Positions 50,330-61,382 of a stretch of DNA of 64,000 nucleotides are shown in pieces; the first letter of the stretch is position 1; each line of letters opens with the position of its first letter. The DNA comes from Nitrospirota bacterium (GTDB lineage Bacteria > Nitrospirota > Nitrospiria > 2-01-FULL-66-17), in contig JBMOMC010000045.1 in assembly GCA_049325335.1 (NCBI GenBank), forward strand, positions 114,032-178,031, in the 5' to 3' direction. Both the position numbers and the translations under genes were made by a program. The notes under the pieces are model-generated. The model did no database searches, was not told the DNA's origin, and worked only from the letters and a program-made list of their open reading frames with translations.

Positions 50330-50872
50330 ATGAAGGCATTGCCGATCCGGCTCTCTGACATTCCGGCCGAGGGCGTGTCCCTGGCGTTTCACTGCGACCC
50401 GCCCCTTCTGGACCCCTTGGGTGAGGGGGTGAATCTCCTTGAGCCGGTTGCGGTCTCGCTTCGGATTACCCCGCAGGACGATCGATATTTTATCGAGGGG
50501 ACGGTTCGCGGGAAGGTGCGGATCGATTGTGATCGCTGCGCCGCCCCCGTCACCTTGGCCGTGAACGCGCCGTGCGCGCTGGACGCAGTCCCGGCGCCGA
50601 CCGGAACCGAGTCCGGAGAAAGCGGCGGCCTCGGTCGAGGGGAGTTGGACGTGATGTTCGTGCCCGGCGCATTGTTGAACATGGAGGATTTGGTCCGGGA
50701 ACAACTGCTGCTGCAGGTCCCGATGCGGGTGTTGTGCCGGGAGGGTTGCGCCGGCCTCTGCCCGCGCTGTAGGAAGAATCTCAACGCGGGTCCGTGCGGA
50801 TGTCCGGCGACACCCGACATCGACCCGAGGCTGGAAATACTCAAGAAGGTCCGGCGCATCCCGGAAAGTTGA
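50330..50872 (+). CDS. yceD: YceD/DUF177 23S rRNA accumulation protein
   Basis: CDRC, EQLLLQVPMRVLCREGCAGLCPRC...DPRLEILK; upstream of rpmF. Confidence 0.9.
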   Translation: MKALPIRLSDIPAEGVSLAFHCDPPLLDPLGEGVNLLEPVAVSLRITPQDDRYFIEGTVRGKVRIDCDRCAAPVTLAVNAPCALDAVPAPTGTESGESGGLGRGELDVMFVPGALLNMEDLVREQLLLQVPMRVLCREGCAGLCPRCRKNLNAGPCGCPATPDIDPRLEILKKVRRIPES

Positions 50873-50929
50873 TCGCACAGCAGTGGGCGTGCCCCGGGTG
50901 GGACCCCGCAGCGTAACGTAAGGACGAAC

Positions 50930-51112
50930 ATGGCCAATCCAAAACACAAAATCTCCCGTGCGCGGCGCGATAAACGCCGCGCGCACCACGCGTTGGGCGC
51001 TCCGACGCTCACCACGTGCCCGCAATGCCGGGAACCCAAACTCCCCCATCGGGTCTGTCCGTCCTGCGGCACCTACCGCGGGCGCGACGTGATCCCGGTC
51101 AAAGAGGTTTAA
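50930..51112 (+). CDS. rpmF: 50S ribosomal protein L32 (Zn-ribbon form)
   Basis: [21 protein letters not shown]...[11 protein letters not shown]. Confidence 0.97.
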   Translation: MANPKHKISRARRDKRRAHHALGAPTLTTCPQCREPKLPHRVCPSCGTYRGRDVIPVKEV

Positions 51113-51127
51113 CCCGTCCCGATCCGC

Positions 51128-52228
51128 GTGGCTTCGCACACGTCGCCAGGCGGAAGCCCGGAACACAGCCCACCCATCAGCGCGCAACCGCCTCCGTCGG
51201 CGTCGACCGCCGTCACCACGATCGCGGTCGACGCGATGGGTGGAGACGCCGGCCCCGCGGCCGTGGTGGAGGGCGCGATTCTGGCGGCTGCGGACCCGCG
51301 CGTCGGGTTGATCTTGGTCGGTGACGAAGCCAAACTCCGAACCGAACTCGCGAAACACCCGATATTTCCCCGCATCCGCACCATCCACGCCCCATCGGTC
51401 GTGGCCATGGAAGATAGCGCATCCTCGGTCGTCCGCCGGCGGCGGGACTCCTCGATTTGGCGCGCCACGGAACTGGTCAAATCCGGCGAGGCCTCGGCCG
51501 TGGTCAGCGCGGGGCACACCGGCGCCTCGATGGCCACCGCGTTTTTCCTGTTGGGCACCCTGCAGGGCGTGGAACGCCCGGCCATCGCCACCATCCTCCC
51601 CACCAAGAGCGGCCGCGCGGTGTTGTTGGACGTGGGCGCCAACGTGGACTCCAAGCCGCAACATCTGGTCCAATTCGCCATTATGGGCCACGTGTACGCG
51701 CAACGCATGCTCGCCGCGGCGCCCCCCCGAGTCGGCCTGTTGAGCATCGGCGAAGAGGACACCAAAGGCAACGAACTGACCAAGGAAACGTTCAAGCTGC
51801 TTAAGCAGACGCAGATCAACTTCATCGGCAATGTGGAAGGCCGCGACGTCTACACCGGGACCGCCGACGTGGTGGTCTGCGACGGGTTCATCGGCAACGT
51901 CGCGCTCAAACTCAGCGAAGGCCTCGCGGAAACCATCATGCAGGTGCTGCGGCGCGAGATCACGGCGTCGCTCCTGGGCCGTGTGGGCTTTCTCCTGTTG
52001 CGCCCCGCGTTCCGCCGCTTCAGACGCCGCGTGGATTACGCGGAGTACGGCGGCGCGCCCCTGTTGGGCGTCAACGGCGTGTCGATCATCTGCCACGGCC
52101 GCTCCTCGCCCAAGGCGATCAAGAACGCGATTCTGGTCGCGCGCGACTTTGTCGCGGGCCAGGTGAACCGACACATTCGCGACGACATCGAACGGCACCT
52201 GCACCGCGCGCCCGGAGCCGTCGGATGA
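51128..52228 (+). CDS. plsX: Phosphate acyltransferase PlsX (start uncertain)
   Basis: IAVDAMGGD, SAGHTGA, LDVGAN, FIGNVEG, DGFIGNVALK, YGGAPLLG, CHGRS. Confidence 0.96.
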   Translation: MASHTSPGGSPEHSPPISAQPPPSASTAVTTIAVDAMGGDAGPAAVVEGAILAAADPRVGLILVGDEAKLRTELAKHPIFPRIRTIHAPSVVAMEDSASSVVRRRRDSSIWRATELVKSGEASAVVSAGHTGASMATAFFLLGTLQGVERPAIATILPTKSGRAVLLDVGANVDSKPQHLVQFAIMGHVYAQRMLAAAPPRVGLLSIGEEDTKGNELTKETFKLLKQTQINFIGNVEGRDVYTGTADVVVCDGFIGNVALKLSEGLAETIMQVLRREITASLLGRVGFLLLRPAFRRFRRRVDYAEYGGAPLLGVNGVSIICHGRSSPKAIKNAILVARDFVAGQVNRHIRDDIERHLHRAPGAVG

Positions 52229-53214
52229 CGGCCGCGACGCGATCGCGCATCGTGGGCACGGGCTCGTACGTGCCCGAGCGTGTGATGACCAACGCGGACA
52301 TCGAGCGCTTGGTGGAGACGTCCGATCAATGGATCGTCGAGCGCACCGGCATCCGCGAACGCCGCATCGCCGACCCGTCCGAAGCCACGTCCGATCTCGC
52401 GGCGGCCGCCGCGACCCGGGCGCTGGAGGCCGCGGGGGTCCACGCGCCGGACCTGGACCTGGTCTTGGTCGCCACCGCCACGCCCGATATGTTGTTTCCG
52501 GCCACGGCGTGCCTGGTGCAAGCGCGGCTCGGGGCCAAACGGGCGTTCGCGTTCGACCTCTCAGCCGCGTGCACCGGGTTTCTCTACGGATTGTCGGTCG
52601 CAGATCAGTACCTGCGATCCGGCGCCGCGCGCACGGTGCTGTTGGTGGGCGCCGAGGTGCTCTCGCGCGTCACGGACTGGACCGATCGCGCCACCTGTAT
52701 CCTGTTCGGCGACGGCGCCGGGGCCGTGGTCCTGCGCGCGGAGCGCGGCGAGCGCGGCGTCCTGTCCACGCACATCCACGCCGACGGCTCGATGTGGGAC
52801 TTTATCCACGTGCCCGGCGGCGGATCGCGTCACCCCCCGTCCGAAGACACGCTCGTGCGCGGCCTGCAATTTCTCCGGATGAAGGGCAGCGAGACCTTCA
52901 AGGTCGCGGTGCGCACGCTGGAAGAGACGTCGCTGGAAGCCCTCAAGGCCAACGGACTCACGATCGCGGACGTCCGGTGGCTGATCCCGCACCAAGCCAA
53001 TCGGCGCATCATCGAAGCCGTGGGCGCACGCTTGGGCCTGCCCCCCGAGCGCGTGGTGATGAATCTCGAGCGGGTAGGCAACACCTCCGCGGCCTCAATC
53101 CCCATCGCGCTGGACGAGTTGATCCGTCGCAACGGCGTGAACGCCGACGACATCCTCCTGTTCGCCGCGTTCGGCGCCGGATTGACGTGGGGATCCGCCG
53201 CGGTGCGCTGGTAG
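52225..53214 (+). CDS. fabH: Beta-ketoacyl-ACP synthase III
   Basis: DLSAACTGF, LFGDGAGA, PHQAN, GNTSAASIP, FGAGLTWG. Confidence 0.97.
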   Translation: MTAATRSRIVGTGSYVPERVMTNADIERLVETSDQWIVERTGIRERRIADPSEATSDLAAAAATRALEAAGVHAPDLDLVLVATATPDMLFPATACLVQARLGAKRAFAFDLSAACTGFLYGLSVADQYLRSGAARTVLLVGAEVLSRVTDWTDRATCILFGDGAGAVVLRAERGERGVLSTHIHADGSMWDFIHVPGGGSRHPPSEDTLVRGLQFLRMKGSETFKVAVRTLEETSLEALKANGLTIADVRWLIPHQANRRIIEAVGARLGLPPERVVMNLERVGNTSAASIPIALDELIRRNGVNADDILLFAAFGAGLTWGSAAVRW

Positions 53215-53300
53215 CCGCCGCGCCATGACGTCGGGAACGCGAATCGCTTGACAAGCCGCCTGGTTTTCAGCAATATCAGGCCACCGTTGACCCGGATTTT

Positions 53301-54272
53301 TTGATCGTGACGGCCTCTCCACATATTGCATGGCTCTTTCCCGGACAAGGCTCGCAGGCGGTCGGGATGGGCCAACTGTTGCACGAGCGCTACGCCGAGG
53401 CCCGCGCCGTGTACGCCGAAGCCGCCGACGCGTTGGGATGGGACGTGGCCCGCGTGTCGTTCCAGGGCCCCGAAGCCGAGTTGAACCGCACAGCCGTTAC
53501 CCAGCCCGCGTTGCTGACCGCCAGCGTGGCCGCGTGGCGGGTGTTGGCGCGCAAACCCACGACGCCGTCGTTTGTCGCGGGCCACAGCTTGGGAGAATAC
53601 ACCGCATTGGTGTGCTCGGGCGCCGTGCCCTTTGCGCAGGCGGTCACACTCGTGCACCAGCGGGGCCGATACATGCAGGAAGCCGTGCCGGAAGGCGAGG
53701 GCGCCATGGCCGCGGTCCTGGGATTGGAGCCCGCCGCCGTGGCCGCGGCCTGCCGCGACGCCTCGACGGCGGGCGTGGTGGAGCCCGCGAACCTCAACGC
53801 GCCCGGCCAAGTCGTGATCGCCGGGGCGCGCGCCGCGGTCGAACGCGCCGGGCAACTGGCGAGCGCGGCGGGCGCCAAACGGATCGTGCCCTTGCCGGTG
53901 AGCGTGCCTTCGCATTGCAGCTTGATGCGGGACGCGGCGAACCGGTTGGAACGCGACTTACGGAGCGCCACGTGGTCCTCGCCCGCGATTCCGGTGGTGA
54001 CCAATGTGGACGCCACGCCGCTGACGTCGACCGACGCGATCGTGCCCGCGTTGGTGCGGCAACTCTCGTCCCCGTTGCTCTGGGAGGATTCGATTCGATT
54101 CATGCTCTCGCAAGGCGTGACAACCTTCGTAGAAATCGGGCCCGGGCGCGTGTTGTCCGGATTGACCAAAAAAATCGACCGCTCCGCGCGCACGTTGCAA
54201 GCCGACGCGCCGGAATCGGTCGAGGCGGTGTGGGCGGCGCTCGACACCCTGACAACGGAGGTGGCGCCATGA
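53301..54272 (+). CDS. fabD: Malonyl-CoA-ACP transacylase
   Basis: FPGQGSQ, TQPA, GHSLGEY, VPSHC, EIGPG; possible internal promoter TTGACA-N17-CAATAT at 53248-53276. Confidence 0.97.
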   Translation: MIVTASPHIAWLFPGQGSQAVGMGQLLHERYAEARAVYAEAADALGWDVARVSFQGPEAELNRTAVTQPALLTASVAAWRVLARKPTTPSFVAGHSLGEYTALVCSGAVPFAQAVTLVHQRGRYMQEAVPEGEGAMAAVLGLEPAAVAAACRDASTAGVVEPANLNAPGQVVIAGARAAVERAGQLASAAGAKRIVPLPVSVPSHCSLMRDAANRLERDLRSATWSSPAIPVVTNVDATPLTSTDAIVPALVRQLSSPLLWEDSIRFMLSQGVTTFVEIGPGRVLSGLTKKIDRSARTLQADAPESVEAVWAALDTLTTEVAP

Positions 54273-55042
54273 CCGACGGGACAGCCAACGCCCCCACGTT
54301 CGACGCGACCGGGTTGGCCGATCGCGTCGCGGTGGTCACGGGCGCGGCCCAAGGGATCGGATTGTCCATCGCCCGCCAGTTGGCGGCATGCGGCGCGGTC
54401 GTCGTACTCGGCGACGTGGACGGTGACAAGACCCAGGAGGCGGCCAAATCCATCGGCGGTCGCGCATTGGGCGTGGCCATGAACGTGACGCGCGGCGCCG
54501 AGGTGTCCGCGGCGGTCGAACGCGTCATGGCGGAGTTCGGGCGGCTCGACGTATTGGTCAACAACGCGGGGATCACGCGCGACGGCCTGCTCATCCGCAT
54601 GAAAGAGGACGATTGGGACCGCGTGCTCGACGTCAATCTCAAAGGCACGTTTCACTGCACCAAAGCCGCGATGGGCGTGATGGTCAAGCAGCGACGGGGA
54701 CGCGTCATCAGCATCGCCTCGATTGTCGGCGTGATGGGCAACGCGGGCCAGGCCAACTACGCGGCGTCCAAGGCCGCGATCATCGGATTCACCAAGAGCA
54801 TCGCGCGCGAGTACGCCAATCGCGGCATCACCGCCAACGTGGTGGCGCCGGGCTTCATCAAGACCGCCATGACCGACCAGCTCCCCGAGGACGTGCAGAC
54901 GACACTGCGGGACCAAATCCCGCTGGGTCGGCTCGGCACGCCGGAAGACATTGCGCAGGCCGTCGCGTTTCTGGCGTCGGACGCCGCGGCCTACGTCACG
55001 GGGCAGGTGCTGCACGTCAACGGCGGCATGTGGATGGGATAG
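54269..55042 (+). CDS. fabG: 3-oxoacyl-ACP reductase
   Basis: [27 protein letters not shown]; start ATG 54269 with SD GGAGG. Confidence 0.97.
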   Translation: MTDGTANAPTFDATGLADRVAVVTGAAQGIGLSIARQLAACGAVVVLGDVDGDKTQEAAKSIGGRALGVAMNVTRGAEVSAAVERVMAEFGRLDVLVNNAGITRDGLLIRMKEDDWDRVLDVNLKGTFHCTKAAMGVMVKQRRGRVISIASIVGVMGNAGQANYAASKAAIIGFTKSIAREYANRGITANVVAPGFIKTAMTDQLPEDVQTTLRDQIPLGRLGTPEDIAQAVAFLASDAAAYVTGQVLHVNGGMWMG

Positions 55043-55125
55043 GCGGCCGACCACGGGCAGGATCGCCCGCGGCTTCACCGGCGTCGTCAGGCACGACACG
55101 AAACCAACAGGAGGCCAGAAATCGT

Positions 55126-55356
55126 ATGGGTGCAGAGGATCGCGTCAAAAAAATCATCACGGAGCAACTCGGCGTGGACGATGAAGACGTCACGCCCGAG
55201 GCCAACTTTGTCGAGGATCTGGGCGCCGACTCGCTCGACACCGTCGAGTTGGTCATGGCGTTCGAGGAAGAATTCGGCATCGAGATCCCGGACGAAGACG
55301 CCGAAAAGATCCTCACGGTGCAGCAGGCCGTCGACTACATCAACGAGAAGTTGTAA
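55126..55356 (+). CDS. acpP: Acyl carrier protein
   Basis: [28 protein letters not shown]. Confidence 0.98.
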   Translation: MGAEDRVKKIITEQLGVDDEDVTPEANFVEDLGADSLDTVELVMAFEEEFGIEIPDEDAEKILTVQQAVDYINEKL

Positions 55357-55362
55357 CCGATT

Positions 55363-56598
55363 GTGACCCGCCGCGTCGTCATCACTGGATTGGGGGTCAT
55401 TACCCCCCTGGGCCTCGACGTCGAAGAGACGTGGACGGCCTTGTGCGCGGGCCGATCCGGCGTGGGCCGGATCACGCGCTTCGACACCACCGACTTTCCG
55501 GTGACCATCGCGGGCGAAGTCAAAGGGTTCGACCCCGCCCGCTATATCGACAAAAAAGAAGTCAAAAAAATGGACACGTTCATCCACTACGCCATGGCGG
55601 CGGGCCAGATGGCCGTTGCCGACGCGGGGCTGCGGGTGGACGCGGTGGGCGAGGAACGCGTGGGCGTGTACATCGGCTCCGGGATCGGCGGATTGCAGGC
55701 CATCGAAGAGTGGCACACGATCCTCCAACAGAAGGGGCCGAAACGAGTCACCCCGTTTTTCATCCCCATGTCCATCATCAACATGGCTTCCGGACAGTTG
55801 GCGATTCTGTTGGGGGCGCGGGGCCCCAATTCCGCGGCGGTTACCGCCTGCGCCACCGGGAACCACTGCATCGGCGACGCGTTCCGCTTGATCCAACGGG
55901 GCGACGCCGACGTGATGATCGCGGGCGGGACCGAAGCCGCGATCACGCCGCTGGGCGTGGCCGGATTCGCCGCGTCACGGGCGCTCTCCTCCCGCAACGA
56001 CGACCCGCAGCGCGCGTCGCGTCCGTTCGACAAGGACCGCGACGGGTTCGTGATCGGCGAGGGCGCCGGGATCATGGTCTTGGAGTCGTTGGAGTCGGCC
56101 CGCAAACGCGACGCGAAGATTTACGCCGAGATGGTGGGCTACGGCGCGTCGGCCGACGCCTACCACATCACCGCCCCGCCGGAGGACGGCGAAGGCGCGG
56201 TGCGCTGCATGCGTGCCGCGCTCGCGGACGCGGGCGTCAAGCCCGAAGAGATCGGCTACGTCAACGCGCACGCCACGTCCACCATGGCGGACGCGATCGA
56301 GACCCGGGCCATCAAAACCGTGTTCGGCGCAACCACTCGGATCCCGATCAGTTCCACCAAATCCATGACCGGCCATCTCTTGGGCGCGGCCGGCGGCATC
56401 GAGGCCGTCTTCTCCGTGCTCGCGATGCACCGCGAAGTGCTCCCGCCCACCATCAATTTAGACGCGCCCGACCCGGCGTGTGACCTGGACTACATCCCCA
56501 ACACCGCGCGCCGCGCGCGTGTGGACGCGGCCATGTCCAATTCGTTCGGCTTCGGGGGCGTGAACGCGTGTTTAGTTTTCCGCCGCTTTAATCCCTAA
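55363..56598 (+). CDS. fabF: Beta-ketoacyl-ACP synthase II
   Basis: [33 protein letters not shown]. Confidence 0.97.
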   Translation: MTRRVVITGLGVITPLGLDVEETWTALCAGRSGVGRITRFDTTDFPVTIAGEVKGFDPARYIDKKEVKKMDTFIHYAMAAGQMAVADAGLRVDAVGEERVGVYIGSGIGGLQAIEEWHTILQQKGPKRVTPFFIPMSIINMASGQLAILLGARGPNSAAVTACATGNHCIGDAFRLIQRGDADVMIAGGTEAAITPLGVAGFAASRALSSRNDDPQRASRPFDKDRDGFVIGEGAGIMVLESLESARKRDAKIYAEMVGYGASADAYHITAPPEDGEGAVRCMRAALADAGVKPEEIGYVNAHATSTMADAIETRAIKTVFGATTRIPISSTKSMTGHLLGAAGGIEAVFSVLAMHREVLPPTINLDAPDPACDLDYIPNTARRARVDAAMSNSFGFGGVNACLVFRRFNP

Positions 56599-56626
56599 CC
56601 CGTTTTCCCCGTCCCGGTCGCACCGA

Positions 56627-57334
56627 ATGCCTGACGCCGCGGCCACCGAACGCCTGCTCGACCGACTCAACTACCGGTTCCAAACCCCGACGCTGCTCGA
56701 CGAAGCGCTCACCCACAAATCCTATCTGAACGAAGCGCCCGACCCCTCGTGCCGCGACAACGAGCGGCTGGAATTTCTGGGCGACGCGGTCCTCGACCTC
56801 GTGATCAGCGAATTATTCCTCTCCCGCTTTCCCGAGGCGCCGGAAGGCATGTTGTCGAAGTTGCGGGCCAAGACCGTCAGCGAGGCCGCGTTGAGCCAGG
56901 TCGCCAGGACGCTCGATCTCGGAAGCGCGCTCCGGCTCGGACGCGGCGAGGAGATGACCGGCGGGCGCGACAAGTCGTCGCTGCTGGCCGACGCGCTGGA
57001 AGCCGTCATTGCCGCGGTCTACCTCGACGGCGGCCTCGCGGCCGCGCGCCACATTGTCTTGCCCGCGTTCGCCGACGTGATCGACAACCTCTCCCACCCT
57101 GAGTCGGCCGACCACAAGACCGAACTCCAGGAACTCTGCCAGCGAGACTTCGGCGGCCTCCCCGCGTACCGCGTCATCAAGGAATCCGGCCCGGACCATC
57201 ACAAACAATTCGAAGTCGAACTCTCCATCCGCGGCGAGGTCTACGGCCTCGGCACGGGACGCAGCAAAAAAGAAGCGGAACAGCAGGCGGCACGGAGCGC
57301 TCTGGAAAAGCTGAAACACGTGTCAGGCTCCTAA
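56627..57334 (+). CDS. rnc: Ribonuclease III
   Basis: NERLEFLGDAVL, LADALEA, dsRBD (GPDH...GRSKKEAEQQAA). Confidence 0.98.
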   Translation: MPDAAATERLLDRLNYRFQTPTLLDEALTHKSYLNEAPDPSCRDNERLEFLGDAVLDLVISELFLSRFPEAPEGMLSKLRAKTVSEAALSQVARTLDLGSALRLGRGEEMTGGRDKSSLLADALEAVIAAVYLDGGLAAARHIVLPAFADVIDNLSHPESADHKTELQELCQRDFGGLPAYRVIKESGPDHHKQFEVELSIRGEVYGLGTGRSKKEAEQQAARSALEKLKHVSGS

Positions 57335-57410
57335 AAAACCATTCAAAGGCCACACCGACTTCTTCCCCTGGCCAAGAGCCCTGAATCCAAGTCCCATCCA
57401 CGAAACGTTT

Positions 57411-57446
57411 CTTGACCCCTGAGCCCGCAACGGGCTAAGCTGGGCC
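57411..57446 (+). promoter_or_regulatory. Promoter with palindromic operator upstream of hsdR: TTGACC-N18-TAAGCT containing AGCCCG-caa-CGGGCT
   Basis: 29/36 identical to the element upstream of tcmP. Confidence 0.7.
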
Positions 57447-57533
57447 TCTACTTTTAAATATGAGGGGGCTGACGCTGGTCTGCGGTCGCCTGCGTATCAC
57501 CCATTCCGATTCCGTATTGCTGAGGCCGAATTC

Positions 57534-59930
57534 ATGGGGTTAGGCGAGGCGGATACCCGAGCGAAGCTGATCGATCCGGCGCTCCATACGCGCGGCTGGA
57601 CCGAGGACCTGATTCGCCGCGAGGAGACCGCCGGCGCGATCGAGATCATCGACGGCAAGCCGCGTAAACAATCTAAAGGCCGGGTGGACTATGTGTTGCG
57701 GATCAAGGTCAATCCCGATACGCAACCCGTGGCCGTGGCGCTCATCGAAGCCAAGGCCGAAGACAAACCTCCCACGCACGGGTTGGAACAAGCGAAGACC
57801 TACGCGGCCTGCAAACGTCTTAACGTCCAATTCGTGTTCTCCAGCAACGGCCATCTGTTCGTTGAATACGATCGCGCCTCGGGCAAGACCACGGCGCCGC
57901 GCCCGCTGGAGAGCTTCCCCAGTCCCGCGGATCTCCGGGCCCGCTACGAAGCCGCCATCGGGTTCAGCCTCGCGGACGAAGCCGCCAAGCCGTTGCTGGT
58001 CCGCTATCCGGGCGGCGAAGCCACGCGCCGATACTATCAAGACGCGGCCATCCGCGCCGTGTTGGAACAGATCGCGCGTTGCGAAACGACCGGCAAATCT
58101 CCGCGCGCGCTGTTATCGCTGGCCACTGGCTCGGGCAAGACGTTCATTGCCGTCAATCTCCTCAAGCGCATTGCGGATGCCGGGCAACTCAAGCGGGCGT
58201 TGTTCTTGTGCGACCGCGACGAGTTGCGAGGGCAAGGCATCGGTGCGTTTCAAAACGTGTTCGGCAGCGACGCTGCCGCGGTGTTTCAACAGTCCGACGG
58301 CACCAACAACGCCCGCAACGCGCGCATCCATATCGCCACCTACCAGACCCTGGACGTGGACTCCGAGGACGGCACCGCGAACTTCCTGACCACCCACTAC
58401 CCGGAGAACTATTTCACCCACATCATCATCGACGAGTGCCATCGCTCGGCCTGGGGCAAATGGTCGCAAGTGCTCACGCGCAATCCGAAGGCCGTGCAGA
58501 TCGGTCTCACCGCCACGCCGCGACAACTCAAGATTACCGAAAAGACCAAAGAAGCCCAGGCCGACGCGCAGATCACGGCCGACAATCTCCAGCACTTCGG
58601 CGAGCCGGTCTACGAATACGACATGAGCCAGGGCATCGACGATGGATACCTGGCCGCGTGTGAGATCCATCGTTTCGATTTGTTCCATGACAACAAGGAG
58701 GCGAATGAACGGGAACGCGGCGTGACTCGGAAAGATTTGGCGGGCAAGACGCTCACCGATGCCATGACCGGACATGAGATCACCAGCGATAGCGCGCGGG
58801 AGCACTATGATCCGCATTCGCTCGAAGACAAGCTGCTGATGCCTGAGCGGGTCGCGGCCATGACACGGGACCTATTCAACCATCTCGTCGCCACAGGTGG
58901 GCCGGAACAAAAGACCATCATCTTCTGCCGTCGCGACCGGCACGCGGACGACGTGGCCGCGGCCATGAACAACCTGTACGCGGACTGGTGCGCCAAGAAC
59001 AACAGGCCGCGCCTGGAGTCCTACGCATTCAAGTGCACGGCCTCGGTGGGGGGCGCGGACTACATCGCGGACCTGCGCGGCGGGTCGCGCCACCATTTCA
59101 TCGCCACCACGGTGGATCTGTTGACCACGGGCGTGGACGTGCCGGTGGTTCGCAACATCGTGTTCTTCAAGTACGTGCGCTCGCCCATCGCGTTCTATCA
59201 AATGGTGGGTCGCGGCACGCGCCTGGACGCGCCCACCGGCAAGCTCATGTTCCGCGTGTACGACTACACCGACGCCACGCGCCTGTTCGGCGAAGACTTC
59301 ATCACCAAGGCCCGTCCGCCGAGAGAGCGCGGAGTCGGACCGGAACCGCCGCAGCCGCCAGAGCCCACGATCCAGGTCGAAGGCTTCGACGTGCGCGTGT
59401 CGGACGCGGGCCGCTATATCGTGACGCAGGTGGACGGCCAGGCCATGCCCGTAACTGTGGAAGAGTACAAGGCGCGTCTGGCCGCCAAACTGGTGGAAGA
59501 AGCGCCCACACTGGAGCAGTTCCGCTCTCGGTGGATCACCCCGGCAGAGCGCAAAGTGTTGCTCGGCAACCTACCGGACGCGGGCCGCTCGCCGCGCCTG
59601 ATCCAATCCTTGGAAGATATGACCGACTACGACCTCTACGACGTGCTGGCCGAACTGGGCTACGGCATGAACCCGCGCACGCGAACGGAACGTGTAGACG
59701 CCTTCGGCTACAAACACGCAGACTGGCTCGCAAACCTCTCCCAGAAAACCGCGGCCACGCTCAAAGCTCTCGCTGCGCAATTCGGCCGCGCCGGCACAGA
59801 CGGACTGGAGAACCCGCAGGTCTTTGAAACGCCGGAAGTCGTCAATGCCGGCGGTTTGGCTGCCCTCAAGACGCTAGGCAAACCCGCCGAAGTGTTGAAA
59901 GAAACCAAAGAGCGGATGTTTGCGGCATGA
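57534..59930 (+). CDS. hsdR: Type I restriction enzyme R subunit (EcoEI-like, short form)
   Basis: EADTR...VDY...LIEAK nuclease motif; LATGSGKT, DECHRS, GLTATP, TTGVD, QMVGRGTR helicase motifs. Confidence 0.93.
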   Translation: MGLGEADTRAKLIDPALHTRGWTEDLIRREETAGAIEIIDGKPRKQSKGRVDYVLRIKVNPDTQPVAVALIEAKAEDKPPTHGLEQAKTYAACKRLNVQFVFSSNGHLFVEYDRASGKTTAPRPLESFPSPADLRARYEAAIGFSLADEAAKPLLVRYPGGEATRRYYQDAAIRAVLEQIARCETTGKSPRALLSLATGSGKTFIAVNLLKRIADAGQLKRALFLCDRDELRGQGIGAFQNVFGSDAAAVFQQSDGTNNARNARIHIATYQTLDVDSEDGTANFLTTHYPENYFTHIIIDECHRSAWGKWSQVLTRNPKAVQIGLTATPRQLKITEKTKEAQADAQITADNLQHFGEPVYEYDMSQGIDDGYLAACEIHRFDLFHDNKEANERERGVTRKDLAGKTLTDAMTGHEITSDSAREHYDPHSLEDKLLMPERVAAMTRDLFNHLVATGGPEQKTIIFCRRDRHADDVAAAMNNLYADWCAKNNRPRLESYAFKCTASVGGADYIADLRGGSRHHFIATTVDLLTTGVDVPVVRNIVFFKYVRSPIAFYQMVGRGTRLDAPTGKLMFRVYDYTDATRLFGEDFITKARPPRERGVGPEPPQPPEPTIQVEGFDVRVSDAGRYIVTQVDGQAMPVTVEEYKARLAAKLVEEAPTLEQFRSRWITPAERKVLLGNLPDAGRSPRLIQSLEDMTDYDLYDVLAELGYGMNPRTRTERVDAFGYKHADWLANLSQKTAATLKALAAQFGRAGTDGLENPQVFETPEVVNAGGLAALKTLGKPAEVLKETKERMFAA

Positions 59931-61177
59931 CGAATACTGAAGTCGATAGCCCACAAGTGAGGAAGCGCTTTCCGAGGGGATGGAGGTTGGTGCGCTTGGG
60001 GGAAGTATGTCGCGTGGTCAGTGGTTCAACACCAAAGTCCCATGTCAATGAGTTCTGGGACGGCGATATCACCTGGATCACGCCTACGGACCTCGGCAGA
60101 TTGAACGGAAGGCAGATTGCCAGCTCAGCGAGAAGAATCACCCCGTCTGGGCACGAAAGTTGCGGTGCCGAAGTAGTTCCTCCTGGTTCAGTAGTTCTTT
60201 CGAGTCGTGCTCCTATTGGTCATCTTGGGATAGCTATGCTTCCGCTGTGCACCAACCAGGGCTGCAAGAGCTTTGTTCCTGGAACAGACGTGGATTCACA
60301 GTTCATTTATTTCGCACTAAAGAATGCCGTGCCGTTGCTCAAGACGATGGGGAGCGGTTCTACGTTTGCTGAGGTTTCTAAGTCACAAGTTGAGAGTTTT
60401 CAAATCCTACTCCCTGCACTCAATGAGCAGAAGCGGATCGCGGCGATTCTAAATGAGCAGATGGCGGCGGTGGAGCGGGCGCGGATCGCTGCCAAGGCGC
60501 AATTGGAGGCCGCCAAAGCTCTCCCCGCCGCCTACCTCCGGGCCGTCTTCAACAGCACCGAAGCGAAGCAGTGGCCAATCAAGCCGTTAGGCGAGGTCGG
60601 AGAGATCGTGTCCGGTGTAACGCTGGGACGAAAGATACGTGGGGTCGAAACACGCGCTGTGCCGTACCTACGCGTTGCCAATGTGAAAGACGGCCATCTT
60701 CTCTTATCTGACGTTTATCGGATTGAGGCCACGGAGGCGGAGATTAACAAGCTACGCTTGAAGTTCGGAGACCTCCTCCTCACTGAAGGCGGTGACCCGG
60801 ACAAGCTGGGGCGCGGTACGTTTTGGGAAGAACAGATTCCTGAATGCATCCATCAGAATCATATTTTCCGAGTCAGGTTTGACGCCAATCAGTTTTTCCC
60901 TCAGTTTGTGTCTGCCCAAATCGGATCAGCGTATGGTAAGGCGTACTTCTTGGCGCACGCGAAGCAGACGACCGGAATCGCCACCATCAACCAGAAGGTG
61001 TTAGCCGGTTTCCCGTTGATGGCCCCACCACTCGCCGAACAACAACGCATCGCCGCGCGTCTCTCCGAGCAGATGGCCGATGCCGAGCGAACCCGTCAGG
61101 CGCTCGAAGCTCAACTCGCCACGATCAACGCGTTGCCCGCCGCCCTGCTCCGTCGGGCGTTCAACGGCGAGCTGTGA
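59927..61177 (+). CDS. hsdS: Type I R-M specificity subunit
   Basis: Two TRDs, each followed by a conserved helix (PALNEQKRIAAIL; PPLAEQQRIAARL...AFNGEL). Confidence 0.95.
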   Translation: MTNTEVDSPQVRKRFPRGWRLVRLGEVCRVVSGSTPKSHVNEFWDGDITWITPTDLGRLNGRQIASSARRITPSGHESCGAEVVPPGSVVLSSRAPIGHLGIAMLPLCTNQGCKSFVPGTDVDSQFIYFALKNAVPLLKTMGSGSTFAEVSKSQVESFQILLPALNEQKRIAAILNEQMAAVERARIAAKAQLEAAKALPAAYLRAVFNSTEAKQWPIKPLGEVGEIVSGVTLGRKIRGVETRAVPYLRVANVKDGHLLLSDVYRIEATEAEINKLRLKFGDLLLTEGGDPDKLGRGTFWEEQIPECIHQNHIFRVRFDANQFFPQFVSAQIGSAYGKAYFLAHAKQTTGIATINQKVLAGFPLMAPPLAEQQRIAARLSEQMADAERTRQALEAQLATINALPAALLRRAFNGEL

Positions 61178-61299
61178 GCGTCTGTTTTCAACTTGACGTA
61201 GCTGGACTGACGGGGACGTCTGGCGGGTTTGAAAGGGATTTTTCAAAGCCAGCGCACCTTTGAAAGTATTCGGGGGCTTTTTTACAAAGCATATTCTCC

Positions 61300-61357
61300 T
61301 TGACTCACTATTTTCGATTCGCCATACTTTCGCAAATAGTAGCGTCCGCTATTTTCA
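61300..61357 (+). promoter_or_regulatory. Internal promoter (TTGACT-N17-CATACT) with CTATTTTC operator-like repeats upstream of fic
   Basis: ACTATTTTCG 61307-61316, inverted CGCAAATAGT 61331-61340, direct GCTATTTTCA 61348-61357. Confidence 0.6.
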
Positions 61358-61382
61358 CTCCCGCTAATAAGGACATGTGCTG

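Noticed and set aside
50183..55099. Long minus-strand ORFs 50183-52204 and 53390-55099
   Set aside because: Shadows of the yceD-plsX-fab genes
57335..57533. tRNA or att site at the R-M island border
   Set aside because: No cloverleaf, CCA end or integrase visible
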